A stretch of DNA of 52,078 nt from Gemmatimonadales bacterium. GTDB taxonomy: Bacteria > Gemmatimonadota > Gemmatimonadetes > Gemmatimonadales > GWC2-71-9. Every line of letters starts with the position of its first letter. Within the stretch, counting starts at the first letter, position 1. The notes under the pieces are model-generated. The model saw nothing but the letters and a program-made list of their open reading frames with translations. It had not been told where the DNA came from and searched no databases. Of this stretch, positions 17,821-26,857 are shown piece by piece. The stretch lies in the NCBI GenBank assembly GCA_041613315.1, contig JBFJHJ010000021.1, forward strand, positions 1 to 52,078, written 5' to 3'. Made by a program: the position numbers and the translations under genes.

Positions 17821-19928
17821 GCGCACCGACGAGCACCCTGAGCCGGCGGCAGTTCCTGGAGATTTCCTCCGCGGCGGGAGCCGGGCTCCTCATCGGGTTC
17901 CATCTCGAAGGACGGACCGCGGCCGCGGCAACACTCGCCGCCGACATCAACGCGTGGGTCCGCATCGGGACCGACGACATTGTCACGCTTCTGGTCAGCG
18001 AGTCAGAGATGGGCCAGGGCGTGCTCACCTCCCTGCCGATGATCCTCGCTGAGGAGCTCGAGGCGGATTGGAGCAAGGTGCGCTCCGAGCATGCCCCGAC
18101 CGATGCGACGAAGTACGGTCGGCAGAGCACAGGCGGGAGCACCAGCATTCGCACGAACTACGACAAGCTGCGCCAGGTCGGCGCGGCCGCCCGGGAGATG
18201 CTGATCGACGCCGCCGCGCAGACCTGGCGCGTGGACCGCCGCACCTGCCGGGCGCAGAACGGTGCGGTGCGGCACGAGCCCACGGGCCGGCGGCTGCGCT
18301 ACGGCCAGCTCGCCGAGCGGGCCGCCAGCGTGACGCCGCCGGAGAACCCGCCGCTCAAGGACCGCAAAGACTTTCGACTGATCGGCAAGGCGGTCAAGCG
18401 GCTCGACACGCCGTCCAAGGTGAACGGTTCGGCGATCTTCGGGATCGACGTGACGGTGCCGGGGATGCTCGTGGCGCAGGTGGCGCACCCGCCGGCATTC
18501 GGCGGACGGGTTGAACGCTTCGACGCCAGCGCCGCGCTTGCCGTGCCGGGGGTACGGCACGTCGTGGAAATCCCGACTGGCATCGCGGTGGTGGCCGAGC
18601 ACTTCTGGGCGGCCAAGCAGGGGCGGGACGCGCTCCGGGTGACGTGGAACGACGGCGGCCACGGCGGGCTCAGCAGCGCGCGCATCGCCGCGATGCTGCG
18701 GGAGATCGTGGACCGTGGCGTCGAGGCGCGAAACGACGGCGACGTGGCGGCCGCAGTCGCCGGCGCCGCCAACACGGTGGAGGCGGTCTACGAGCTGCCG
18801 TATCTCGCGCATGCGACGATGGAACCAATGAACTGCACCGCGGACGTCCGCGCCGACCGCTGCGAGATCTGGGCGCCGACCCAGGCGCCAAGCGGCACGC
18901 AGCAGGTGGGGGCGGGCATCACCGGGCTCCCACCCGAGCGGGTCACGGTCCACACGACGTTGCTGGGCGGCGGGTTTGGCCGCCGCTCGCAGACCGACTT
19001 CGTGGCGGACGCGGTGCACACCTCCAAGGCGGTCGGCGCCCCAGTCAAAGTGATCTGGACCCGGGAAGACGACACCCGCGGCGGCCATTACCGGCCGCCG
19101 GCCTACAACCGGCTGGTCGGCGCGCTGAGTCGCGACGGCCGGCCGGTCGCGTGGGAGCACCGGATCGCGAGCCCGTCCATCCTCGAGGCCTTCGGTCCGC
19201 TGCGGGACGCCGTCGACCGCTCGTCGGTGGAGGGGGCGGCGAACATGCCGTACGCGATCCCGAACGTGCGGGTGACCTATGCCAAAGCCGACCTGCCGAT
19301 CACCCTCTGGTTCTGGCGCTCGGTGGGCAGCTCGCTCAACGCGTTCGTCGTCGAGTCGTTCGTGGACGAGCTCGCGGCGGCGGCGGGCGCCGATCCCGTG
19401 GAGTTCCGCTTGCGGCTGCTCGCCGAGCATCCGCGACACCGCCGTGTGCTCACGGTGGCGGCGGAGAAGGCCGGCTGGACCACGCCACCGCCCGCCGGGC
19501 GGGCACGCGGCGTGGCGGTGCACGAGGCGTTCGGCAGCATCGTCGCCGAGGTGGCGGAGGTGTCGCTCCGCCCGGATCGTACGGTGCGGGTGCACCGGGT
19601 GGTGTGTGCGGTAGACTGCGGCGACGTCGTGAACCCCGACACGATCGTCGCGCAGATGGAGAGCGGGATCGCCTACGGGCTCTCCGCCGCTCTGTACGGC
19701 GAGATCCACATCGCGGGCGGCGGTGCGGTCGAGGGGAACTTCGACACCTACCCCGTCCTCCGAATCGACGAGATGCCCGCGGTCGAGACCCACATCGTGA
19801 CGAGCGGCGATCCACTCGGTGGGATCGGGGAGCCCGGCACACCGCCGATCGCGCCCGCCGTCACGAACGCGCTCTACGCGCTGACCGGCACGCGCATCCG
19901 CAAGCTGCCCATCGGCACGGTGGCCTAG
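17817..19928 (+). CDS. iorB: Isoquinoline 1-oxidoreductase beta-like molybdopterin subunit, Tat-exported
   Basis: ATGA overlap with iorA; Tat motif SRRQFL; EMGQG, HATMEP, GGGFGRR, WRSVG and GGIGEPG. Confidence 0.92.
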   Translation: MSAPTSTLSRRQFLEISSAAGAGLLIGFHLEGRTAAAATLAADINAWVRIGTDDIVTLLVSESEMGQGVLTSLPMILAEELEADWSKVRSEHAPTDATKYGRQSTGGSTSIRTNYDKLRQVGAAAREMLIDAAAQTWRVDRRTCRAQNGAVRHEPTGRRLRYGQLAERAASVTPPENPPLKDRKDFRLIGKAVKRLDTPSKVNGSAIFGIDVTVPGMLVAQVAHPPAFGGRVERFDASAALAVPGVRHVVEIPTGIAVVAEHFWAAKQGRDALRVTWNDGGHGGLSSARIAAMLREIVDRGVEARNDGDVAAAVAGAANTVEAVYELPYLAHATMEPMNCTADVRADRCEIWAPTQAPSGTQQVGAGITGLPPERVTVHTTLLGGGFGRRSQTDFVADAVHTSKAVGAPVKVIWTREDDTRGGHYRPPAYNRLVGALSRDGRPVAWEHRIASPSILEAFGPLRDAVDRSSVEGAANMPYAIPNVRVTYAKADLPITLWFWRSVGSSLNAFVVESFVDELAAAAGADPVEFRLRLLAEHPRHRRVLTVAAEKAGWTTPPPAGRARGVAVHEAFGSIVAEVAEVSLRPDRTVRVHRVVCAVDCGDVVNPDTIVAQMESGIAYGLSAALYGEIHIAGGGAVEGNFDTYPVLRIDEMPAVETHIVTSGDPLGGIGEPGTPPIAPAVTNALYALTGTRIRKLPIGTVA

Positions 19929-19935
19929 CGCTCGT

Positions 19936-19963
19936 GCGGGAGGCGGCTGACGCCGCCTCCCGC
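19936..19963 (+). terminator. Perfect 12-bp GC hairpin after iorB (terminator-like, no U tract)
   Basis: GCGGGAGGCGGC-TGAC-GCCGCCTCCCGC. Confidence 0.6.
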
Positions 19964-20003
19964 CAGCGTGCTCCGCCTGTCCCACCTTCCTCGACTCGTA
20001 CCA

Positions 20004-20199
20004 CGTTCGGAAGTTGGCTTAAGTCAGCGCGACGCCTGCCGGGACCCTTCGAGCCCGGTGGGCGGGTGGACGCAGCGTCTCGTGCCTGACAGTGTTGAGA
20101 GACGTCGACCGCCGGCAACGCCACCGAGACCGCCCACCCTCGCGTTGCGCTCTGCGGACCCCGGCGGCGTCGCTGATCCTTACCAGCATTTCCGAAACG
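20004..20199. ncRNA. Candidate ~195-nt rod-shaped structured RNA (6S-RNA-like architecture)
   Basis: End-to-end nested pairing: TTCGGAA/TTCCGAA, GTTGG/CCAGC, TAAG/CTTA, TCAGCG/CGCTGA, ACGCC/GGCGT, GCCGGG/CCCGGC, then an internal bubble, then GGTGGGCGG/CCGCCCACC. No credible CDS overlaps it. Confidence 0.5.
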
Positions 20200-20224
20200 C
20201 GATACTCGCTCCGTGGCGCCAACC

Positions 20225-20268
20225 TTGACGTGCGACGGAACGCGATATATATGTAACCATATGGTTAC
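20225..20268 (+). promoter_or_regulatory. ArsR operon promoter and palindromic operator
   Basis: TTGACG at 20225, an AT-rich GATATATATG tract, and the perfect 16-bp palindrome GTAACCATATGGTTAC (20253-20268) overlapping the ArsR ATG. Confidence 0.75.
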
Positions 20269-20590
20269 CGTTTCGCGCCGTCTCGACGCCGTGTTCGCGG
20301 CTCTGGCCGATCCGACCCGGCGGGCCATCCTCGAGCGACTCGCCCGCGGCGATGCGGCCGTCGGCGAGCTCGCCCGGCCGTTTCGCGTGTCGCGGCCCGC
20401 GATCTCCAAGCACCTGCGGGTGCTGGAGCGCGCGGGACTGGTGCGCCGCACGCGGCACGGCCGCATGAGCCGCTGCCGCCTCGACGCCGGGCGGATGCAC
20501 GACGCCGCCCACTGGCTCGAGCGGTACCGGATCTTCTGGGAAGGCCGTTTCGACCGGCTCGCCCGTCATCTGCGAAAGTCGCCTGACTGA
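20261..20590 (+). CDS. ArsR/SmtB family transcriptional regulator
   Basis: VFAALADPTRRAILERL...VGELARPF.VSRPAISKHLRVLERAGLV wHTH. Confidence 0.92.
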   Translation: MVTVSRRLDAVFAALADPTRRAILERLARGDAAVGELARPFRVSRPAISKHLRVLERAGLVRRTRHGRMSRCRLDAGRMHDAAHWLERYRIFWEGRFDRLARHLRKSPD

Positions 20591-20601
20591 GGAGAACTCG
20601 T

Positions 20602-21054
20602 ATGCCGAAGACCACGAGCACCCCCGGGCTCACGCTGACCCTGCGGCGCACGTTCACCGCGCCGCGGGAGCGAGTGTTCCGGGCCTGGACCGATCCCGCG
20701 GAGTTGAAGCAGTGGTTCGCGCCCGGCGAGCTGACGACGCCCACGGCCGTCGTCGATCTCCGGGTCGGCGGCCGCTACCGCATCGCGATGGCGGAGCCGG
20801 GCGGCGAGCCCTTCTACCTGAACGGCGTCTACAAGGAGGTCCGCGCGCCGGAGCGGCTGGTGTACACCTTCCGGTGGGAAGATCCCGGCGAGCTGGATCC
20901 CGGCGAGACGCTGGTGACGGTCGAGTTCCACGAGCGGGGCGGGAAGACGGAGGTCGTGATCACGCACGAGCAGCTGGCGAATGCCGAGGACCGCCGCAAG
21001 CACGAGGAGGGCTGGACGGGTTGCCTCGAGAAGCTCACCGCGGTGCTGGCATGA
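20602..21054 (+). CDS. SRPBCC/AHSA1 (START-like) domain protein
   Basis: GAGGAG RBS; R.F.APRERVFRAWTDP..L.QWF, DLRVGGRY and HEEGW. Confidence 0.9.
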   Translation: MPKTTSTPGLTLTLRRTFTAPRERVFRAWTDPAELKQWFAPGELTTPTAVVDLRVGGRYRIAMAEPGGEPFYLNGVYKEVRAPERLVYTFRWEDPGELDPGETLVTVEFHERGGKTEVVITHEQLANAEDRRKHEEGWTGCLEKLTAVLA

Positions 21055-21350
21055 TCCACAAGCTCGCGAGCTTCACCGTGAAGCCGGACAAGGTCCGGGA
21101 CGCGACCCGGACGATCGCCGCGTTTGTGGACGCCATCAAGCGGGACGAGCCCGGCGTGGCCAGCTACGAGTCGTTTCAGATCGCCGGGACGACGGCGTTT
21201 CGGCACACGATGACGTTCCGGGACGCCAAGGCGGAACAGCGCCACCGCACGGCCGCGCACACGACGGCGTTCGTCGAGGCGCTCTACCCGCTGTGCGAGG
21301 AGGAGCCCGACTTCGTCGACGCCACGCTGGTGCGGTCGACCATACGGTAA
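21051..21350 (+). CDS. Antibiotic biosynthesis monooxygenase (ABM, dimeric alpha-beta barrel) family protein
   Basis: ATGA overlap with the SRPBCC gene; F.VKP, DEPG..SY and H....H pattern; 99 aa. Confidence 0.75.
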   Translation: MIHKLASFTVKPDKVRDATRTIAAFVDAIKRDEPGVASYESFQIAGTTAFRHTMTFRDAKAEQRHRTAAHTTAFVEALYPLCEEEPDFVDATLVRSTIR

Positions 21351-21452
21351 TCCGGGCTCGGGCGCAGCGGGCGCGGCGGGATGGCGGTAGGTTGCAGCGC
21401 TACCTAAACTTACCGCCGTACCGCCGTCCGTTCTCGCGTCTCGGAGGTCTCC

Positions 21453-23888
21453 ATGCGCCGTTCGATCGTCCTCGCCTGCGGTCTCCTGTTCCTGCTCGCC
21501 CCGGCGGGGACCGCCCAGCAGTCCATCCGCGACTACACGAAGGCGATGGAAAAGCGGGACGGCTATGTCCCGCTCTATTGGGACGCCGCCAGGGGTCGGC
21601 TCTTTCTCGAGGTCGGCCGTCTAGGTGAGGAGTTCCTCTACCTCACGTCGCTCGCGACCGGGGTCGGGGCCACGGCGCTGGGGCTCGATCGCGGCGAGAT
21701 TGCCGATGAGTTCATCGCTCGCTTCGAGCGCGTGGGACCCAAGGTGCAGCTGGTCTTCACCAACCCGCGGTTCCGCGCCGTGGACAGCGACAATCCCGCC
21801 CTGACCCGATCGGTCCAGGAATCCTTCCCGACCTCCACGGTCGCCGCCTTTGAGGTGGTCGCCGAGGGGGATGGCGGGCGGGTGCTGATCGACGCCACCG
21901 CTCACTTCCTGGCGGACCACGTGGGGGTGATCGAGCAGCTCAAGGACGCCGGTCAGGGCACCTTCACGCTGAACGCCGAGCGGAGCGCCGTCTACCTGTC
22001 ACGCACCAAGGCGTTTCCGCGCAACACCGAGGTGGAAGTCACGCTCACCTTCACGAGCCGCGAGCCTGGTCCGCTCGTGCGCCGGCATGCGCCGGATGGC
22101 CGCGCGCTGACACTGCGCCAACATCACTCGCTGGTGCAGCTGCCGCCCGAGGGATATCAGTCCCGAGAGGCGGACCCGCGGATCGGGAACTTCGGCGTGG
22201 CCTTCCTCGATTTCGCGCAGCCGTTCGATCGGCGATACGAACGCCGCTATCTCGTGCGCCATCGCCTCACGAAGAAGAACCCGCGGGCGGCGCGGAGCGA
22301 GCCCGAGGAGCCGATCGTCTACTACCTGGACACCGGAATCCCCGAGCCGTACCGGACCGCCTTCCGTGAAGGAGCCATGTGGTGGAACCGGGTGTTCGAG
22401 GCGGCGGGGTTCGTCAACGCGTTCCGCGTGGACGACATGCCCGACGACATGGATCCGATGGACGCGCGGTATCACGTGATCCAGTGGGTGCACCGCAGCG
22501 ATCCGGGCTTCTCGATCGGCCCCGAGTTCGTGGACCCGCGGAGCGGCGAGATCATCAAGGCCGCCGTCCGGATGGACTCCTACCGCTCGCTCACGGACTT
22601 CAACATCTACGCCGGCACGATTCCGGCCGCCGAACCGGTGGACGACGCCCTGGCGACATGGCTCGCCGCGCTCGACCCCAACGTGAGCGCCGAGGCCTTC
22701 ACGATGGCGCGGCGCCGCCAGCACTCGGCGCACGAGGTGGGCCACACCCTGGGCCTGGCCCACAACTTCGTGGCGGCCAGCTACGGACGTGCCTCGGTGA
22801 TGGACTATCCCGCGCCATTGATCCGGCTCGTGAACGGCCAGCTCGACCTGTCCGACGCCTACCGCAACGGGCCGGGCGCCTACGACTCGATCGCCATCCG
22901 CTACGGCTACACCGAGTTTCCCGCCGATCAGGAGGAGGCGGGGCTCCAAGCGATCGTCTCCGAGGCCATGGCGCGCGGGCTCCGGTTCAACACCGACGGC
23001 GACAACCCGACGTGGAGCTCCTACCCGGAGGCGACGCAGTGGATCAACGGCGCCGACGCCGTGGAAGAGCTGCCGCGGGTGGTGGAGGTGCGGCGCTACC
23101 TCCTGCAGCGCTTCGATGCGTCGGCGATCCGCGAAGGAGAGCCCATGGTGTGGCTCAACTACCGGTTCGCGCCGGTCTACCTCCACCATCGCTACACGCT
23201 GGAAGCGGCCGTCAAGGCCGTCGCCGGAATGGAGTTTCGCTACGGCGTGCGGGGCGACCCGCTTCCGCCAACGCAACTGGTCCCGCCGGCGCGCCAGCGC
23301 CGGGCGTTGGAGTTGGTGCTGGACGCGCTGGAGCCGGCCGAGCTGGCCATCCCGGAGCGGGTGCTCCAGCTCATGGCGCCGCGGGCGTATGGGGTCAACA
23401 CCGACGAATGGTACCTGCCGTCCGACGCGTATCCGGCGTTCGATCAGATCGGCGCGGCGCGGATGCTCGCCGACATGGTGATCGGGAACCTCCTGTCACC
23501 CCGGCGCGCCGCGCGGCTGGTGGCGTTCCACGCACGCCAGGAGGACGCCCCGTCGCTCGAGGAAGTGATCGGCCGGATGGTGGAACGCACCTGGGTCGTG
23601 CCGCAGGGACACCCGCTGCGCCGCGCGGTGCAGCGGGTCGTGGTGGACCGGCTGATCGCGCTCGCCGCGACGCCCGACGCGACCGTCGAGGCCCGGGCCG
23701 CGGCCGAATGGGGGCTGCGCCGCATCCTCGACATCGTGCAGAACCAAGATCGCGTGCTCCCCGACGAAGAGGCGCACCGCGCGCTCGCGTGGGCGGACAT
23801 CGACCGCTTCCTGAACCGGCGCGATCCGGGGACCGCCCGTAGCGCGCCGCGGCCAGCGCCGCCCGGCACCCCGATCGGGAAGCCGTAA
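21453..23888 (+). CDS. Secreted zinc metalloprotease (metzincin; DUF5117/DUF4953 EcxA-like)
   Basis: GGAGGT RBS; signal peptide; HEVGHTLGLAHN and Met-turn SVMDY. Confidence 0.9.
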   Translation: MRRSIVLACGLLFLLAPAGTAQQSIRDYTKAMEKRDGYVPLYWDAARGRLFLEVGRLGEEFLYLTSLATGVGATALGLDRGEIADEFIARFERVGPKVQLVFTNPRFRAVDSDNPALTRSVQESFPTSTVAAFEVVAEGDGGRVLIDATAHFLADHVGVIEQLKDAGQGTFTLNAERSAVYLSRTKAFPRNTEVEVTLTFTSREPGPLVRRHAPDGRALTLRQHHSLVQLPPEGYQSREADPRIGNFGVAFLDFAQPFDRRYERRYLVRHRLTKKNPRAARSEPEEPIVYYLDTGIPEPYRTAFREGAMWWNRVFEAAGFVNAFRVDDMPDDMDPMDARYHVIQWVHRSDPGFSIGPEFVDPRSGEIIKAAVRMDSYRSLTDFNIYAGTIPAAEPVDDALATWLAALDPNVSAEAFTMARRRQHSAHEVGHTLGLAHNFVAASYGRASVMDYPAPLIRLVNGQLDLSDAYRNGPGAYDSIAIRYGYTEFPADQEEAGLQAIVSEAMARGLRFNTDGDNPTWSSYPEATQWINGADAVEELPRVVEVRRYLLQRFDASAIREGEPMVWLNYRFAPVYLHHRYTLEAAVKAVAGMEFRYGVRGDPLPPTQLVPPARQRRALELVLDALEPAELAIPERVLQLMAPRAYGVNTDEWYLPSDAYPAFDQIGAARMLADMVIGNLLSPRRAARLVAFHARQEDAPSLEEVIGRMVERTWVVPQGHPLRRAVQRVVVDRLIALAATPDATVEARAAAEWGLRRILDIVQNQDRVLPDEEAHRALAWADIDRFLNRRDPGTARSAPRPAPPGTPIGKP

Positions 23889-23975
23889 GGGCGGGAAGCG
23901 GGGCGGAAAGGAAGGCGGGAAAGCTCAGGCGGTGCCGGGCGCTCGTCCGCGCTCAGCCTAGCACCTCAGCACGAG

Positions 23976-25091
23976 CTACGGCATGAACAGCTCGGCGATT
24001 CGTTCGGGGACGTCGCCGTATCGGAGATCGGTCATGTTCGCGGCCATCGCGATGACGACTCCCTGATCCGGATAGATGAGGAGCAGCGACCGCCCGCCCA
24101 CGGAGCCGCCGCTGTGGCTCACGACTCGCCGCTCGTGTGCGTCGGTCCCGACACGCCACCCGATGCCGTAGCCGGTTTGCTCGCCGTCCTCGAGGCGCTG
24201 TGACGTCCAAAGGATCCGCACGGTCTCGGGTCGGAGGAATGTCGGCGTCAGGTGCGCCGCGCCGAACCGCACGAGATCCTCCGGTGTCGCCAGGAAACCG
24301 CCACCGGCCCACTTGTGGCTGTTGTCGACGTACGGCGCGTTCAGCGGCGTACCGTCGCGGTCGCGCATATAGAAGCGCGTCCGGAACGGGATGATGCTGT
24401 CCGTGTGGTCGGCGACCGTGTTCCGCATGCCCAGCGGCTCGAAGACCCGCGTTCGCATGTAGGTCAGGAACGGCTGGCGCGCCGCGCCTTCGATCACGGC
24501 GGCGATCAGGTTCCAGCCGTAGCTGGAATACGCATACCGGGTGCCGGGCTCGAACAAGAGCGTGTCGCCCTCGAAGATGGCGAGCCCATCGCGGACGGTG
24601 TCGTACCGGCGGCTGCTCAAGAACTCGTCGCCCCGATAATGCCGGATGCCGGCGATGTGGCCGCCGAGCTGCCTGGTGGTGATGGGCCGTTGCTTGCGAG
24701 GGAAATACGGTACGTAACGGTGCACGGGAGCATCGAGATCGAGTTGCCGCTGTTCGACGAGCAACCCGACGGCCGCCGCCGTGAGCGACTTGGAGACGCT
24801 GCCGATCCGAAACTTGGTCTCCGGGGTCACGGGCGAGCGGTTCTCCGCGTCGGCGAACCCGAACCCCTGGGACCACACCAGCTCCCCTCCGACGCCGACC
24901 GCGACCGACACCCCGATGATGCCTTCGCGCTGCACCAAGGCGGCGACGATGGCGCGCGCCGAATCGATGGCCGCCGCGTGCCGGAGGGCCGTCGCGGGGG
25001 CCGGCGTCTGCGCAACGAGCAGCCCCGGTACCGCGAGCCACAGAAAGCCAGCCCGCCGGAGCACCCGAGACCACTCGATCGTCGAGATCAT
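23976..25091 (-). CDS. Secreted serine hydrolase (beta-lactamase-like)
   Basis: SVSK, YSS and HSG motifs; signal peptide. An alternative start at 25133 overlaps the upstream stop. Confidence 0.88.
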   Translation of the reverse strand: MISTIEWSRVLRRAGFLWLAVPGLLVAQTPAPATALRHAAAIDSARAIVAALVQREGIIGVSVAVGVGGELVWSQGFGFADAENRSPVTPETKFRIGSVSKSLTAAAVGLLVEQRQLDLDAPVHRYVPYFPRKQRPITTRQLGGHIAGIRHYRGDEFLSSRRYDTVRDGLAIFEGDTLLFEPGTRYAYSSYGWNLIAAVIEGAARQPFLTYMRTRVFEPLGMRNTVADHTDSIIPFRTRFYMRDRDGTPLNAPYVDNSHKWAGGGFLATPEDLVRFGAAHLTPTFLRPETVRILWTSQRLEDGEQTGYGIGWRVGTDAHERRVVSHSGGSVGGRSLLLIYPDQGVVIAMAANMTDLRYGDVPERIAELFMP

Positions 25092-25129
25092 CGTTCCGTC
25101 CTTCCTGCGCTCTGCGCCGGGGCGGCGAC

Positions 25130-26857
25130 TCATCGGCCGCCCGCGCCCGACATCGCCGGGCGGCGCGCGCCGGGCACGAGCACCGTCCCGGGCAGGGCTC
25201 CCGTGAGCTGGCCGCGATCCACCACGAAGGTACCGTCTACTAAGACGTAGTCCACGCCGCTGGCATACCGGTGGGGGTCGAAAAACGTCGCGTTGTCCAC
25301 CAGCCGCTCCAGATCGAGCACGACAACATCGGCGGCTGCCCCTTCCTGGATCCGCCCGCGGTCGGCGAGGCTCAAGATCTGCGCCGGCAGCGCCGTGCTC
25401 GAACGAATCGCGTCCTCGACCGACAGGACGCCCCGCTCCATCGCATAATGCCGGATCTTGCGCGGGAACGAGCCGTACACGCGGACATGCGTGAGTCCGT
25501 CCTCGGGCAGCGAGATCCAGCCGTCGGTGGCCGTGGCCGTCCACGGCGCCGCGGCATACGGCTCGATGTCGGACTCCGACAACGAGAACCCACGGAGTCC
25601 CGCCCCGCCCTCGCGGGCGGCGTCGCCTTCCAGCTGGAGGGCGATCGCCATCTCAACGGGCGACGCGCCGCGTGCCGCGGCCAGCTGGGCGAGCGTCATC
25701 CCGACGAGGCCGGCGTCGGGATGCTCCATCACGAGGACGTTCTGCGCCCCGCCGCGCCGCGCGATCTCATGAGCGATATCGGCGCGGACGAGCGCCGCCA
25801 CGGAGTCCTGCGCGACGGCGTCGCGCAGCGCCGCGGCGAAGTCTCGCGCGTGCCGGCCGGCCTGCCGCGGCCCGCGGTCATACACCCAGTCGGGAATGAG
25901 GACCGTCCGTCCGTCGCTGCCCGTCGTGTTATAGGGGTACTGGTCGGCGTAGATCGAGACGCCCCGCGTCCGGGCCTCGGTGATCAAGCGGATGGCGACG
26001 GCGCTCGCGCCCCAGTAATCGGCGCCTTTCGCCTTGATGTGGGACGCTACGACCGTCGCACCGGTACGCTCGCCGATCGCGATCGTTTCACGAATCGCGT
26101 CGATGAGGCTGGGCGGACGACCTTGAAACTGGCTCGGCCAGTACCACATCGGGTCCGCGCCCTCGCTGCGCTGGTGGGCGATGTACACTCCGTTGTAGGG
26201 CACGATCTCCTCGACGAGGGCCGCGACCTCGTCGGTCTCGCTCCACCGCCCCGGAGCGTACTCGAGTCCGGCGGAGAGCCCGTGCGCGCCCTCCTCCATG
26301 CCCTGTCGGACCAGCGCCCGCATCCGCCGCACCTCGTCGGGCGTTGCCGGCCGACGGACATCGTCGCCCAACACGCGCCCCCGCACGGTGCCGTGGCCGA
26401 TCAAGAGGATCGCGTGGGGACCGATCCGCAGCCGCTCGAGCTCCCGACGCTGCTCGGCGATGGGCCAGGGAGAGCGCCCGTCGGCGTTGACGACCACGGT
26501 CGTGATCCCCTGCGAGACGAGGTTCGGGGCGGCACGCCGGCGCGCGTCGCCTGAGCGCAAGCCCCGGGGGCCGTAGTTGGGGTCGTCGGCGTGCGAATGG
26601 AGGTCGATGAACCCGGGGGCCACGACCTTGCCCCGGGCGTCTACCGTGCGGGCGGCGGCCACGCCCGCCAGGCGACCGACGGCGACGATCCGGCCGCCGC
26701 GGATACCGACGTCGGCGTAACGCCACGGATTGCCGGTGCCGTCCATCACCCGGCCGCCGGTAATGAGGATGTCGTACGCCGGGGTCTGCGCCGGCAGCGG
26801 TGCCGTGAGCCCCAGCAGGAGGGTGAGGCCGGCGAAGGCGATCCGCGGCGCCGTCAT
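25130..26857 (-). CDS. N-acyl-D-amino-acid deacylase (D-aminoacylase) family amidohydrolase, secreted
   Basis: PGFIDLHSH, GLEYAPG, SHIK, ADQYPY, HVRVYGSFPR and RGRI..G..AD; signal peptide; ATGA overlap. Confidence 0.88.
   Translation of the reverse strand: MTAPRIAFAGLTLLLGLTAPLPAQTPAYDILITGGRVMDGTGNPWRYADVGIRGGRIVAVGRLAGVAAARTVDARGKVVAPGFIDLHSHADDPNYGPRGLRSGDARRRAAPNLVSQGITTVVVNADGRSPWPIAEQRRELERLRIGPHAILLIGHGTVRGRVLGDDVRRPATPDEVRRMRALVRQGMEEGAHGLSAGLEYAPGRWSETDEVAALVEEIVPYNGVYIAHQRSEGADPMWYWPSQFQGRPPSLIDAIRETIAIGERTGATVVASHIKAKGADYWGASAVAIRLITEARTRGVSIYADQYPYNTTGSDGRTVLIPDWVYDRGPRQAGRHARDFAAALRDAVAQDSVAALVRADIAHEIARRGGAQNVLVMEHPDAGLVGMTLAQLAAARGASPVEMAIALQLEGDAAREGGAGLRGFSLSESDIEPYAAAPWTATATDGWISLPEDGLTHVRVYGSFPRKIRHYAMERGVLSVEDAIRSSTALPAQILSLADRGRIQEGAAADVVVLDLERLVDNATFFDPHRYASGVDYVLVDGTFVVDRGQLTGALPGTVLVPGARRPAMSGAGGR

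Noticed and set aside
20004..20199. tRNA-Sec, SRP RNA, RNase P, tmRNA or riboswitch identity for the structured region
   Set aside because: No T-loop/anticodon cloverleaf, SRP GGAA-loop motif, GAGGAAAGUCC or recognisable aptamer consensus was found.
19968..20228. Small ORFs 19968-20228 (+) and 20019-20222 (-)
   Set aside because: They have no RBS or motifs and atypical composition. RNA structure explains the region better.
23889..23975. Short degenerate repeats (GCGGGAA-like; CTAGCAC/TCAGCAC) between convergent genes
   Set aside because: Too short and irregular to call a repeat element or terminator.
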